From: a virus
IMG/VR virus record: IMGVR_UViG_3300035698_022898
Coordinates: 1 to 64,000 of that record
Length of the DNA stretch: 64,000 bases
Reading direction: 5' to 3' (one strand)
The notes beneath the pieces are model-generated. The model did no database searches and was not told where the DNA came from. It was given only the letters and a program-made list of their open reading frames with translations. Position 1 is the first letter of the stretch, and the number at the start of each line of letters is the position of its first letter. Shown here one piece after another: positions 19,009 to 30,000 of the stretch. The position numbers and the translations under genes are program-made.

Positions 19009-19523
19009 AACTTGATACAAAACAATTAAGAGCCATTAGGGCAGCTCTGTTGCGTTTGAACAAGAGAGCTTTATATTGGAAAGATGAAATTCCTAGGCAG
19101 GGGGCCGCTTTATATGTTCAACAAGTAATCAACAATATAATATCTAATAAATTTAGTGCTTCTTACCCAGGGTATTCTGATATATATAAAAAATACAAAC
19201 CTGAGGGTTCCCCTTTTTGGAAGTTAGCAGGGGATCTTATAGCCGCTGTATCTTTTGAAAGACTCCAACAAGCAGGAGATAAAACTTGGTTCTTTGCCGG
19301 CATTAAAAGAGGTCTTTTTGACTCCGGAGGAAAAAATATAAAAGGTCGGGGAAAGCCTAAAGAAATATATTGGTATGCTATGATACAGGAATACGGAGGC
19401 ACTTTTAGAGGGCAAGTCCACCCGGCCCGACCTTTGTTTGGTCCTACGTTTAATAATCTTGCTGATACGTTTGACAAAAAGCTTGAGGTCGTGTATCGTG
19501 ACTTTAAAGGAGCCTGGAGATGA
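18990..19523 (+). CDS. tail completion/neck protein (HK97 gp10-like)
   Basis: YAMIQEYGG...PARPLFGPT motif. Confidence 0.8.
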   Translation: MSMFWVELDTKQLRAIRAALLRLNKRALYWKDEIPRQGAALYVQQVINNIISNKFSASYPGYSDIYKKYKPEGSPFWKLAGDLIAAVSFERLQQAGDKTWFFAGIKRGLFDSGGKNIKGRGKPKEIYWYAMIQEYGGTFRGQVHPARPLFGPTFNNLADTFDKKLEVVYRDFKGAWR

Positions 19524-19741
19524 AAGTCTTATCCGTTGTACCGTCAGATATAATGGTTACGTTTGAAATACCGTTATCTCAGCTTGTAGAATTAGAAAAG
19601 GGGTTGGCTATGTGCCAACTTAATTATGATAGCACCAACCCCGGAGAAGTGAAGACTAAGGAAATGTTCGAGGAGTTCTGTGAGGGATTAAGTAAAATGG
19701 TAGAAGGGGCGGAAAAACATGGCATTGGATCAGACAGCTAG
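19520..19741 (+). CDS. hypothetical protein
   Basis: ATGA-coupled ORF. Confidence 0.55.
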   Translation: MKVLSVVPSDIMVTFEIPLSQLVELEKGLAMCQLNYDSTNPGEVKTKEMFEEFCEGLSKMVEGAEKHGIGSDS

Positions 19742-20183
19742 GGAGACCAACGTACAGGATTCCATTCGCAAGTGGCTGATTGACAACATGCAGACCACGG
19801 AGGGAATTGCTGTTCACTTTGATCGTGGTATTGCCCCTCCCAATGATAATGTAGATAAATGGTTGTCTGTTCAAATAGGACCCATGAATCGCAATGAAAC
19901 ACTCTGCCAGTTATATCTAAAAATATTTGTATGCTCTCGAGAAGATACGGGCGGATTTAAAGTATCTCGCACATCTGATAAACTTATGGGTTATTTGTTC
20001 GATAGTACGAAAACAGATGGGATGGGAAGAATTGTTCTTTATCGCAGCACTGAATCTGGACCGTGGACCAATATAGGGTCTATTGTAGTTCAAGAAGTCG
20101 ATGAGGGTCAGCATAGTGAGGCCCCCGACGGTACGAAATTTAAACAAATCACCGCGAGGTTGAGATGGCCGGCGATAGTGTAA
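19719..20183 (+). CDS. putative tail terminator protein
   Basis: Size, alpha/beta pattern and position before the tail tube. Confidence 0.6.
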   Translation: MALDQTARETNVQDSIRKWLIDNMQTTEGIAVHFDRGIAPPNDNVDKWLSVQIGPMNRNETLCQLYLKIFVCSREDTGGFKVSRTSDKLMGYLFDSTKTDGMGRIVLYRSTESGPWTNIGSIVVQEVDEGQHSEAPDGTKFKQITARLRWPAIV

Positions 20184-20452
20184 TTCCAGAAGTAGGTCAC
20201 TTTGTAAGGTGTACCGAGTGCGGCAAGAAGCTCATTAAGAGACTTCCCAACGGACTTTGGCATTTAGTATTTGGCAAGAGCAATCCCAATAGTTCTAGGC
20301 CTGCCCCTGTAAATGTCTTCATCCATGGTAGTGTGCGTATTCAATGCTCTGGGCGTAGATGTAGACACTGGAACACCTTGAACTACTTTCCGAATCAGAG
20401 CAATCAATTCCCAGGAATTGAAGACGCCCCAATTAAAGCGACCGAAGAGTAA
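20165..20452 (+). CDS. zinc-finger protein (Mu Com-like)
   Basis: RCTECGKKL...IQCSGRRCRHWN. Confidence 0.6.
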   Translation: MAGDSVIPEVGHFVRCTECGKKLIKRLPNGLWHLVFGKSNPNSSRPAPVNVFIHGSVRIQCSGRRCRHWNTLNYFPNQSNQFPGIEDAPIKATEE

Positions 20453-20464
20453 GGAGGATTTATT

Positions 20465-21052
20465 ATGGCCAGAAAAGGCCCGGTCACAAAGGACACATCC
20501 GCTATTGCATTGGGATTGGCCCAAGTTCGTATTGGTTCTTCGGCAGATAATATCGCCAAAGTAGAACCCCAGTTGGTAGCTTCCAATTCCATCGGGGCTC
20601 TTGCCAGTACGAAATTTATGGGAAACACCGACTTCTTCAAACTGGAATCCGGGTTTCCGCTTATTGAGGACTATACCGTCCCCATCAGGGAAGCTGCTTC
20701 TTTGGAATGTTCTTTCAAGGAAATCAGTCCCTACAACTTGGCAATGGCCAACGGCCTGGATCCTGACGGCGGCAGTTATGCCGAAGCCCACAGTGGGGAG
20801 ATTGCTCTGGGTGGAAAGCTGGCAGCGGAGTACCTGCGAATGGAGGCGGAGTTCACCTTCCCCAACGGTACGGACAAAATGACTGTCATTTTTCCCAGAG
20901 CACAGGTGACCAGTTCTCTCGAAATGGACCTGCAGGCGGAAGACGCCGTGGCAGTGCCTGTAGTTTTTGAATCGAAAAACTCCAGCTCTGACGTTTCTGG
21001 GGGTCATTCGATTTGGGACGACAAGCCCCTCGGCCGGATCGTTTTTACTTAA
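20465..21052 (+). CDS. major tail tube protein
   Basis: Strong RBS, codon bias, siphovirus tube-like size and beta pattern, upstream of chaperone and tape measure. Confidence 0.8.
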   Translation: MARKGPVTKDTSAIALGLAQVRIGSSADNIAKVEPQLVASNSIGALASTKFMGNTDFFKLESGFPLIEDYTVPIREAASLECSFKEISPYNLAMANGLDPDGGSYAEAHSGEIALGGKLAAEYLRMEAEFTFPNGTDKMTVIFPRAQVTSSLEMDLQAEDAVAVPVVFESKNSSSDVSGGHSIWDDKPLGRIVFT

Positions 21053-21132
21053 TCTAAGGGTCGATAGTTTGTAGTGTGTCAATACATACAAACTTTAGAA
21101 TAAACGCTTAGAACGAAGGTATCGTAGTGTAA

Positions 21133-21172
21133 ATGTGCGCTTCCTAAAGCAAAAGCTGAGGGAAGCGCACAT
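21133..21172. other. 12-bp inverted repeat between tail tube and chaperone genes
   Basis: ATGTGCGCTTCC / GGAAGCGCACAT; followed by an A-run rather than a U-run on the plus strand. Confidence 0.7.
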
Positions 21173-21189
21173 AAAAAAGGAGCAGTAAT

Positions 21190-21711
21190 ATGTCCGACAT
21201 GAATCCCGACATTGCTGAATTTCAGTACGGGAAAAAAGAACTCCAGACCATCAAAATTTACCCTTTATCAATCTCGGACCAATTTGAGTTGATCAGTGTG
21301 GTCCTTGAAGGGGTTGGAGAGCTTTTTCCTCCTGAGGATGTTGCCGACGAACCCAACGACAAGAAATCTGCAATCAAGAGAAAGATTGAACAGAACGATC
21401 AGCACTTTGCAAAAAAGTTCATCGACCTCTTGAAAAAGTATTTTCCTCGAATCCTTAAGTTTATTTCCGATGTGGAAGACAAGGATGAGGCCAACAAAAT
21501 ACTGCAAGGTATGACCAACAATCAACTCACTTATTTAGCTGACATGATCTGGGGAATGAATTATGAGGAAGCCTCAAAAAACGTGCAAGACCTGGTCGGG
21601 AAGGTCGGGGAAGCATTCACATCGACCAGGTCTACACAACCATCCTCGAACGATATCCCCAATTCAGACTCGAACATTTCTATCGACTCTCCTTCCGAGA
21701 CGGAGGATTAA
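21190..21711 (+). CDS. tail assembly chaperone (gpG-like)
   Basis: Between tail tube and tape measure; contains a slippery site. Confidence 0.8.
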   Translation: MSDMNPDIAEFQYGKKELQTIKIYPLSISDQFELISVVLEGVGELFPPEDVADEPNDKKSAIKRKIEQNDQHFAKKFIDLLKKYFPRILKFISDVEDKDEANKILQGMTNNQLTYLADMIWGMNYEEASKNVQDLVGKVGEAFTSTRSTQPSSNDIPNSDSNISIDSPSETED

Positions 21712-21980
21712 CCTTAAAACAGGCAATGACTCTGTTTGAGCATTCTGAAAAAAGAAAATATGAAGATTTTAAACTCAATGCTTTACTGCATGGGGTAGAC
21801 ATAGAAAAAGGAGAAGATAAACAATCTAAAAAATCTGGGACCAAAGCAACACCCGAGGGTGTATTCAAGGATCCTTCAGAATACGAAGGTTTGACTCAAG
21901 AAGAAAAAGAGAAGCTTACCAAAAAAATGAAAGGACAGATGTCTAGGTGGGCTAACGAGAAAGCACCCCTTGGGAGATAA
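21576..21980 (+). CDS. -1 frameshift extension of tail chaperone (gpGT-like)
   Basis: A AAA AAC at 21576-21582; the -1 frame is open through ORF 21726..21980; 11-bp stem 21588-21598/21623-21633. Confidence 0.85.
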   Translation, partial: KKRARPGREGRGSIHIDQVYTTILERYPQFRLEHFYRLSFRDGGLTLKQAMTLFEHSEKRKYEDFKLNALLHGVDIEKGEDKQSKKSGTKATPEGVFKDPSEYEGLTQEEKEKLTKKMKGQMSRWANEKAPLGR

Positions 21981-21982
21981 AA

Positions 21983-24900
21983 ATGGCCACAAAAAACCTG
22001 GGACTTGGAGTAACATTTTACGGTCATATCGACCGTACGTTTATCCAAGCCACTGCCCGCCTAGAGCAAGTTCTTCGTAAGTTAAACGATACTCTAGGAC
22101 GTGCTTCCCAGCAACAAAGAAAATGGGCCTCGTCTCTGAAACAAACGGGAACGGCTGCAGCCAAAGCTTCCGGCCAACATGAAGTATACAATAAACAACT
22201 CTCCAAAATGGGTGGAGCCTTCGCCCAGACATTGAAAGGTGCTGTACGAGTAACCACTGCATACGGCATTGCTGCCCGAGCCATTTTTGGATTTACCGAA
22301 GCAGTTAGTGGAGGCGTTGTTGAAATCGTATTATACGATCAGGCACTCCGAAATCTGCAAGCCATCTCTGGTGCCACCGAAGCACAATTATCAGCCATGT
22401 CTAAAGAGATGGTTCGGGCAGCACAAAGCACAAAATTCTCCACCACAGAAATAGCAGAAGGTATGGTTCTTCTAGCTCAAGCAGGCTTGACTGCGGGTGA
22501 GGCGATGGATTCTGTCAATCCTACGATCACACTTGCTGCGGGTACTCTGAGTGATATGAAGTTTACGACTGACTTGATGACCACAACCTTGAGGGCATTT
22601 AATCTCCAAGCCATAGAATCTGCTCGTGTTGCAGATGTTATGGCAAATGCCATCAACAGATCCAAACTCACAATCGACAAATTGCGTACTGCATTTAACT
22701 ATGTAGGTGCGGGTGCTGCACAGATAGGGCTTTCACTCGAAGAAACCGCTGCCAGTATGATGGTACTTGCTAATAATGGTATGAGAGCAAGCACTATTGG
22801 TACTGGTCTTAGACAAGTTTTGAGTAGACTTGTTGGTCCAAATAAAAAACTTCGAGAAGAGTTCAAAGCGTATGGTATTTCTTTACAAGATGTTAACCCG
22901 AGAATAGTGGGATACCAAAAAGCTTTGGAGAACCTGGCTCCTGTTTTGTGGGATGTAGAAAAAGCTCAAGTTGATATGACAAAAGCGTATGCCCTTTTTG
23001 GATTGAGAGGGGCTCAAGCTTCCGCAGTTTTAATCAAGTCTCTTGTTAGTGGAGACTATCAAAAGATGTTGGATTATACTTATAGGGTAGGGTCTGCTAA
23101 TAAAATGGCAGCTACTCAGGCTGAAGGTCTCGGTTTTAAATTTAAGCAGTTGGTAGACATCGCAAAGACATTAGCGTTGGCACTCGGGGATGCCGGTATA
23201 GAAGGTGCTCTTCATACGTTTGTGGACACTTTAAGAACAGGCACCAAAGCAGCGGCCGACTTTGTTGAAACGGGCCTTGGTCGACTTATTACCAAAGCTA
23301 CTTTGATAATTCCTTTACTTTTGGGTGTAGCCCTCGCTGCCAAAGGAGCTATGTTGGCAGTACGTGGTTTAGGAATGGCTTTAGAATTTGTAAAGTTACA
23401 TCCTGTGGTACTAGCAATTTCTTTACTCACGGGTGGACTTGCTCTGCTTGCATCCATAGTAGATGAGGTTGTTAGTGCAGAAAGACGCTGGTTCACAGAG
23501 TTGGAGGTTGTAGCTGTTCAATTGGAAAGAACGTTGGCCGCCTCAAAGTCTTATTTAGGATTTTTTAAAGCCCTGCATGAAAAGTTCGGTGAAGGTGTTG
23601 AAGAAACCGAGGAGTACAAAAGCACTGTAATTCGACTTAAGGAACAGCTTCCCGAACTTTCTAGTATGATAGATGAAAATACGGACTCTGTGGATGATTT
23701 GGTAAAGTCTTTGGAAGACTTTACCAATTCAAAAGCTGAGGAAGCCTTCTCCGCTTTGGTTACTACCATGGCCATAGCTCAAAGGAAAGCCAGGGAGTTA
23801 GACGATACTCCAGCTTTTAAGAATTTTAAAAAGCACATGTCCATATCCCAAGGTTTTATAGGAAGTTTAGCAGCCTTGGGTAAAGAACTTAAATTAGAAC
23901 CTTATCAAGGTAAAAAAGCTGAGGTTGATAAAAAGTATACGGCATTTTTTAAGGCCATGCTTAGGGATATGCCCAACGAGCTTTTAACAATAGAAGGTAT
24001 TCAAGAAAGGATGAATCGCCTTTTAGTGGATAGAAATGTAACTGTAGAGTTTTCGGAAGAAATAATGGAGCGTTCTTCGGAGGCTCTTGCAAAATATGTT
24101 ACGAGTACTCGTGAAGGACTTTTGGTTTTAAGTAAAGAAAGTAGAGCACTTCCTCAGAATTTTAAAGAGTCTATGGAAAGGTTAATGAACTCTTCCGAAA
24201 GAAGTGTAGCCATTTCCATAGCACAACAAAAAGTATATTTTGAGAAAGGAAAGGTCACTGAGGAAGAATATACTAGATTCAAAGAAAATCAGGAATTAAA
24301 ACTTTTGGATCTTAAGGTAAAAAATTTAACGGTAATGCGGAATGCTTTAGGGGTTTCTTTAGGTTGGGAGACTGAGGAGTACCTGGCAGCCAATGAAGAA
24401 ATTGTGGCAGCTAGGAGTGAAAAAGTAGAAAAGGAACTAGAAATAGAGGCGGATAGGGCCGAACGTGAAAGGGAATTGCGTTTGGAAGAAACCAAGGATT
24501 CTTTAAAACTATTCGATAAAATTAAAAAAGCTAGAGAAAAAAGTGCAGATGATCAAGTAAAAAAGATATCAGCAGAAATCAAAGCTACTGAAAAGATAGC
24601 TAAACTTCGATATGATATAGAAGTAGCGACCATACAGGCTATATTCAATATCAATAAACATATGTGGCGTTTGTCGGAACAAATAGATATTAAGAAAGCT
24701 GAGGAAAATCGTCGTCGTCGTGAGAAAGACGCTAAAGACCAAATCAAGGATGCAATAGAACTTGCCCAAGTTTTAGAGCTTATTCGTATGGAACATGAAG
24801 CTAAAATGGCAGAACTTCATGAGAAATATGCTGACCAACGCATAGCTGAGGAAGGCGGTGTAATAGATCAGATTAACCGGGGTTTGAAGAATGCTCAAAA

Positions 24901-25555
24901 GTCCGTTCAAACTTGGGGGATGTTTGTTATAAAAACCACGGAACAAGTGGCTGAAAGATTTGCCGACGGAATGTCCTCAGCATTTACCGACTTTATTATG
25001 GGAACAGAAAAAGCCGGAAAAGCGTTTGAAGAGTTTGCCAAAGAGACATTATCTTGGCTTATTCAAATGATCATACGTCAACAACTGTACAATGCTTTAG
25101 TTGGTTCGCCGGGGGGCGGGGGCGGTCTTTTAGGAATGGCAACCAACTTAATAGGATCTTTTTTTTCACCGACTATGGGAGCAGGAGCCACAACCTCCGG
25201 AGTTGCTGCTTCTGGTGCAACAGGTTACGCCGCTTCACCTTCATTTGTTGTACACGGTGGGATGGATACAGGAAATGTAATTAGAGGCATATCCAACGGT
25301 CTTAAAGGAATGCACGTTCGACATAGTGGATTAGGTTCTGATGAAGTTCCAGCCATTCTACGAAAAAACGAGACCGTGTTGACACCTGCTCAGTTGGCCA
25401 GTGTATCAAAACCAGGATTAAATTTTAAAATGATTGTTCATAATGAAATGCCTGAACAAGCATATGTATCTTCTAAACCTCCTAAATTTGATGGAGTTCG
25501 TTGGGTATCAGAAATGTATATTGAAGGAAAAAAACGTAAAATGATTCCTAGTTAG
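21983..25555 (+). CDS. tape measure protein (TP901-family core)
   Basis: STKFSTTEIAEGMVLLAQAG, ARVADVMA, GMRASTIGTGLRQ; C-terminal DEVPAILRKNETVL. Confidence 0.95.
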   Translation: MATKNLGLGVTFYGHIDRTFIQATARLEQVLRKLNDTLGRASQQQRKWASSLKQTGTAAAKASGQHEVYNKQLSKMGGAFAQTLKGAVRVTTAYGIAARAIFGFTEAVSGGVVEIVLYDQALRNLQAISGATEAQLSAMSKEMVRAAQSTKFSTTEIAEGMVLLAQAGLTAGEAMDSVNPTITLAAGTLSDMKFTTDLMTTTLRAFNLQAIESARVADVMANAINRSKLTIDKLRTAFNYVGAGAAQIGLSLEETAASMMVLANNGMRASTIGTGLRQVLSRLVGPNKKLREEFKAYGISLQDVNPRIVGYQKALENLAPVLWDVEKAQVDMTKAYALFGLRGAQASAVLIKSLVSGDYQKMLDYTYRVGSANKMAATQAEGLGFKFKQLVDIAKTLALALGDAGIEGALHTFVDTLRTGTKAAADFVETGLGRLITKATLIIPLLLGVALAAKGAMLAVRGLGMALEFVKLHPVVLAISLLTGGLALLASIVDEVVSAERRWFTELEVVAVQLERTLAASKSYLGFFKALHEKFGEGVEETEEYKSTVIRLKEQLPELSSMIDENTDSVDDLVKSLEDFTNSKAEEAFSALVTTMAIAQRKARELDDTPAFKNFKKHMSISQGFIGSLAALGKELKLEPYQGKKAEVDKKYTAFFKAMLRDMPNELLTIEGIQERMNRLLVDRNVTVEFSEEIMERSSEALAKYVTSTREGLLVLSKESRALPQNFKESMERLMNSSERSVAISIAQQKVYFEKGKVTEEEYTRFKENQELKLLDLKVKNLTVMRNALGVSLGWETEEYLAANEEIVAARSEKVEKELEIEADRAERERELRLEETKDSLKLFDKIKKAREKSADDQVKKISAEIKATEKIAKLRYDIEVATIQAIFNINKHMWRLSEQIDIKKAEENRRRREKDAKDQIKDAIELAQVLELIRMEHEAKMAELHEKYADQRIAEEGGVIDQINRGLKNAQKSVQTWGMFVIKTTEQVAERFADGMSSAFTDFIMGTEKAGKAFEEFAKETLSWLIQMIIRQQLYNALVGSPGGGGGLLGMATNLIGSFFSPTMGAGATTSGVAASGATGYAASPSFVVHGGMDTGNVIRGISNGLKGMHVRHSGLGSDEVPAILRKNETVLTPAQLASVSKPGLNFKMIVHNEMPEQAYVSSKPPKFDGVRWVSEMYIEGKKRKMIPS

Positions 25556-25569
25556 GTTAGGAGGAAACT

Positions 25570-25953
25570 ATGCATATAGCTGGACAAAAAGTAAAAGATC
25601 CGCTTCTTCCTATTAAGGAAGTTAAAATAAAAAAGATGGTAAGAACCAGCAAAGAAGCTTCTTACACTCAAATTCGTTCTCGTAGTACTCGCACTAGGAG
25701 AAAATGGACTTTAGAATGGAAGAATGAGGGTTGTTTGACCGAAGTGGATTTTCAAAAACTTATGGATATACAAGACGATTATTGGGGGTCTGTTTTAGAA
25801 TGGACACACCCTTTTACCAACGAAACCTACACTAATGTTTTTATAGCCGATGAGGAATTATCCAGTGAAGTAGTTATTCCTTCTCATGTTAGTGGAGAAG
25901 CTATAGCCTGTGGTGGTTATAGATCTCTAACTTTACATTTGGAGCAGATATAA
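25570..25953 (+). CDS. distal tail protein (lambda gpM-like)
   Basis: RRKWTLEW...WTHP...LEQI; directly after the tape measure gene. Confidence 0.7.
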   Translation: MHIAGQKVKDPLLPIKEVKIKKMVRTSKEASYTQIRSRSTRTRRKWTLEWKNEGCLTEVDFQKLMDIQDDYWGSVLEWTHPFTNETYTNVFIADEELSSEVVIPSHVSGEAIACGGYRSLTLHLEQI

Positions 25954-25954
25954 A

Positions 25955-26572
25955 ATGCATCCTTTAAGCACAGCTGCCATTCAAGAAAAAAACAAACTTT
26001 CTTCAACCGAAGTATGGTGTTGGTTGTTGGAAGTTGCCATTGACACAGGTACGTTGCGTGTGACAGATAACGGTGAAGATATAGTTTGGCCTTCTTCCGG
26101 CAGCAATACTTATATCGCGTTTCCGTTTGAAATCGATGTTATCGCCGAAACGAGGACAGGGGAACTGCCCTACGTTGAAATTAGAATAAGTAATGTTACT
26201 AGAGCGATAGAACAGTATTTAGAGAATGAAATTCTTAGAACCGGGCAAGCTGTGTATCTTCGATTAGTAAATACAACTGCTCTAGCCAACACTTCATCTG
26301 AAATAGACTTTATTTTTTCTATCAACGGTATATCCTCCAATGCACAATGGGTCACTTTTAAATTGGGGGCTCGAGATATTTTTACAAGACGATTTCCTAG
26401 AAATCGTATTCATAAAAACAAGTGCAATGTTCGTAGATTTAAAGATGGTCATTGTGGGTATGCCGGTGCAGAAACCGTGTGTGATAGAACTTATGCCCGT
26501 TGTGTTGAACTAGGCAATCAATCCAGGTTTGGTGGGTATCCTGGAGTTGGAAGGAAGGGTTTGTATGTTTAG
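25955..26572 (+). CDS. tail tip protein (lambda gpL-like, Fe-S Cys motif)
   Basis: YIAFPFEI, ISNV, C..RFK..HCGY....CDRT...C......RFGGYPG. Confidence 0.85.
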   Translation: MHPLSTAAIQEKNKLSSTEVWCWLLEVAIDTGTLRVTDNGEDIVWPSSGSNTYIAFPFEIDVIAETRTGELPYVEIRISNVTRAIEQYLENEILRTGQAVYLRLVNTTALANTSSEIDFIFSINGISSNAQWVTFKLGARDIFTRRFPRNRIHKNKCNVRRFKDGHCGYAGAETVCDRTYARCVELGNQSRFGGYPGVGRKGLYV

Positions 26573-27002
26573 TGCCTATAAATACCTCAGAGTTCCTTTT
26601 GTTGCATTTGGTAAAGACCTCAACGGATTGGATTGTTGGGGGCTTGTGGTACAAGTCTTTAAGGATTTTGGAATGGATCTTCCTGACTACTATCAAGCTT
26701 GTTATGATAAAATTATTGAAATTCAAGGGCAAGTGGTGCCTGACCCTATTTGGTTAAATAAAGCCATTGAAAGTCATCGACCAGATTGGATACCGTTAGA
26801 AGAACCAGAAATTCCCTGCCTTGTAGTTTTTAGAGGCACATACATTGAAAACATTCATTTGAATGGACATTTAGGTGTTTATATAGGAAATGGAAAAATG
26901 CTTCATACTTTTCCGAAAAAGGGAGTTCATAAAACTAGGCTGGACAACCCTTTATGGAAAAACAAAATAGAAGGGTTCTACAGGTATGTTGGCAAAAAAT
27001 AA
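26565..27002 (+). CDS. NlpC/P60 tail tip assembly protein (gpK-like)
   Basis: GLDCWGLV, HLGVYIGNGKMLH. Confidence 0.9.
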   Translation: MFSAYKYLRVPFVAFGKDLNGLDCWGLVVQVFKDFGMDLPDYYQACYDKIIEIQGQVVPDPIWLNKAIESHRPDWIPLEEPEIPCLVVFRGTYIENIHLNGHLGVYIGNGKMLHTFPKKGVHKTRLDNPLWKNKIEGFYRYVGKK

Positions 27003-30000
27003 AGTTCTTCTTACGGTTGTTCACAACCCGTTTCGGTTCGTTTCTAATCCTCATGAGGGACGAATTGTAAAGGTTATGGACTTTATTCCGGGAAAAACTT
27101 CTCAGGAATACTATGAAGAAGTGGAACCCCTTCTCAAAAGGGACATGGGCTTTTCTGTTTCAATAGACGGAAAACCTGTTCCCTTTGAGTTTTTAGGAAC
27201 TAAAGAAGTAGAACCAGGAAGTAATATTGTTATTTGTCCTACTTATCACGGAGGTGGTGGTGGTCTTAAACTTGTGGCTATGATAGCCGTTGTTGTAATA
27301 GCTGCGATAGTTGCCCCTTATTTAGCCCCAATGATAGGCAAGGGAATGGTTGCCATGGGAGTAGGGACCACGACCTTGACTGTAAGCGGAGGAGTAATAT
27401 CTGCAGCCACAATGGCTACGGCCACCAGTATTGCTTTTAGTGCCGTAGCAATGATAGGTGCTTTTGCTGTAAATGCATTGATGCCTGCCCCTACTCCTTC
27501 TCTACCTTCAATAGGCGGATTAGGTGGTGCAATAGGAGGTTCTACTGGAACCAGTGTATCCTTAGATAAAGAGTCACCTACTTATTCTTGGCAATTAAGC
27601 AATAATACTTTGGAAGAGGGCGGAGTAGAGCCTGCTCTTTATGGATCTTTTAAAGTAACCCCGCCCATTATATCTAGACATATTACCACAGGAACAGATA
27701 ATAAACAGTATCTTAATTTACTTTTATTGGTAACTGGACATGAATTAGATTCCATCACAGACATACAATTAAACGATAACCCAATAGCCAACTTTACGGG
27801 TGTATCCACAGAAACTAGGTTAGGCACTTTAGACCAATCTGTGATTTCCTATTTTAATGACACAATAACCGATCAAGCTGTCGGGGCAACAATGTCTACC
27901 TCTTGGATTACTCGGGTAACTTCGGGTAATTCTGTTGAAGGTTTGGGCATTGTTTTTACTTTTTTTGGTGGATTGTTTTGTCAAGCTACTACTGGAGAAC
28001 TGGAATCTACTTCCGTAACCATAGAAATGCAATATCAAAAGGATGCCGAGGGCTGGACATCTTGGCAAACGGTTACTGTTTCAGGAGCAACCTCAGCCCC
28101 TGTTCGAAAATATTACAGAGTTAACGATCTTACTCCTGGTTCATATAGTGTAAGAGCTCGTTTTACGACTACACCAGAATCCGGTGTTCGTTATCAAAAC
28201 GGGTGTGTGCTAGATTACCTACAAGAAATTCTATATTCAGATTTTTCTTACCCAGGAAAATCTTTGTTGGCAATAAGAGCATTAGCCACAGACCAATTAT
28301 CAGGGGGAGTTCCTAGAATAACTTGTGTAACAACCAGAAGCACCGTACAAGTTTGGAATGGAAGTAGTTGGGTTTCTAAAGGGGCAACCAACCCTGCTTG
28401 GGCTTCTTACGATATGCTTGTAAATGGGTACTACGGCGGAGAAGCAGATGAAACCAAAGTAAACTACGACGAGTTTTCGGAATGGGCAGATTGGTGTACT
28501 CTTAAAGGGTATGCTTGTGCAATTTATTGGGATGTGGAAACAGCCATCCCGTTAGCTTTAGGACGTGTATCCGAAGTAGGTAGAGGCACTGTTATTCAAA
28601 GGGGAGTCAACTATGGTGTGCTGGTTGACAAAAAAGACGACCCCGTACAATTTTTTTCAGTCGGCAGTATAGCGGAAGACAGTTTAAACATGGAGTTCAT
28701 GGATCTAAGCGCACGATCAAATGCTGTCGAAATAACTTACTTTGACGCAACAAAAAACTACGATAGACACACAGTTTTTGTTCAGAACGATCAATATGAC
28801 GATACGTCAGAATTGGATAAAGTTACGAATCAAACGATGTACGCTTGTACGAATAGAACAGTTGCAGCTCAGTTCGCTCAATTTCTTTTAAACGGCAATG
28901 CTTACCTTAAACGAATAATCAGTTTTCAAGTAGATGTAGACGGTGTTGGTTGTCAACCTGGGGATGTAATTGAAGTTCAACATGATGTCCCCCAGTGGGG
29001 TTATGGTGGACGCATATTGTCTGCAACCACTTTTTCAGTTGTGTTGGATCGAGATGTTTTATTGGAAGTTGGAGTTGCTTATGTTGTAAAGGTAACTCAC
29101 TCCCAATTACCTCCTAATTGGAATAATATTACTGGTTATGCTCAGGGGGATTATGTTGTTCATGAAGGCTATATGTATAAAGCCAAATTGTCGAACACCG
29201 ATCAAGTACCCACTGTTCCTGCATATTGGCGTGCTGTTTCAGATTATTACGAACAGCAGAGTGTGGCTGCTGTTTTGGTCGAGACTACCACAAATGAAAT
29301 TACTTTGTCAGGGTCTTGGGATGTAACTCCTTCTGAATACGATGTATTTAGTTTTGGTACCACTGCCAATGTTATTAAAAAGTTCAGGCTTTTATCCATA
29401 GAAAGAAGTCAGGATGTTCTTTGTGACTTGACTATGATGGAATACTTTGATGAAATTTATGAGGATGGAGTAGAAATTCCAGAGTACCCAAATGAATCTT
29501 CTTTAGTAACATTAGCCGGCCTTGCTGGGGTTGCTTCTTGGTCCATAGTAGGAGGATCCGGTGTTCCTAGTGTGTACTTGACTTGGAGAGGTCAATCCAT
29601 AGGGTGGGAAGTTTTTTATAAGGATGAAGCTGACACGGAATGGACTCTGTACTCCAATGCTAAGAATCCAAATTGCACCATAACCGGCTTGATCCCTGGA
29701 AAAACTTATGACTTTAAGGTAAACGGTGTAGCCGAAGAACAAGGAGCAGAAGAAGTATCCGTGGCATATACTTTTAATGTTCCCCCTCCTCAATTAGGAA
29801 CTATTGTTTCAGACGAGTCTTCACTTTTATCAACAGCAAGTGGAGACTTGATTAGTAGAATTCAAATACCTTTTGAAACAAGCTACAATGCATGGAACGG
29901 TCCTTACATAGATTTTGATACGGAGGTGCAATCTAAGAAATCTGCAGATGCAGATTGGGTTTCCTCCGGAACGGTAGCCTCCTCTTCTGAATTGGTTTTC

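Noticed and set aside
21106-21118. 13-mer GCTTAGAACGAAG also found inverted at 45165-45177, both intergenic
   Set aside because: Only two copies; 13-nt matches are expected by chance in 64 kb, so not callable as an operator
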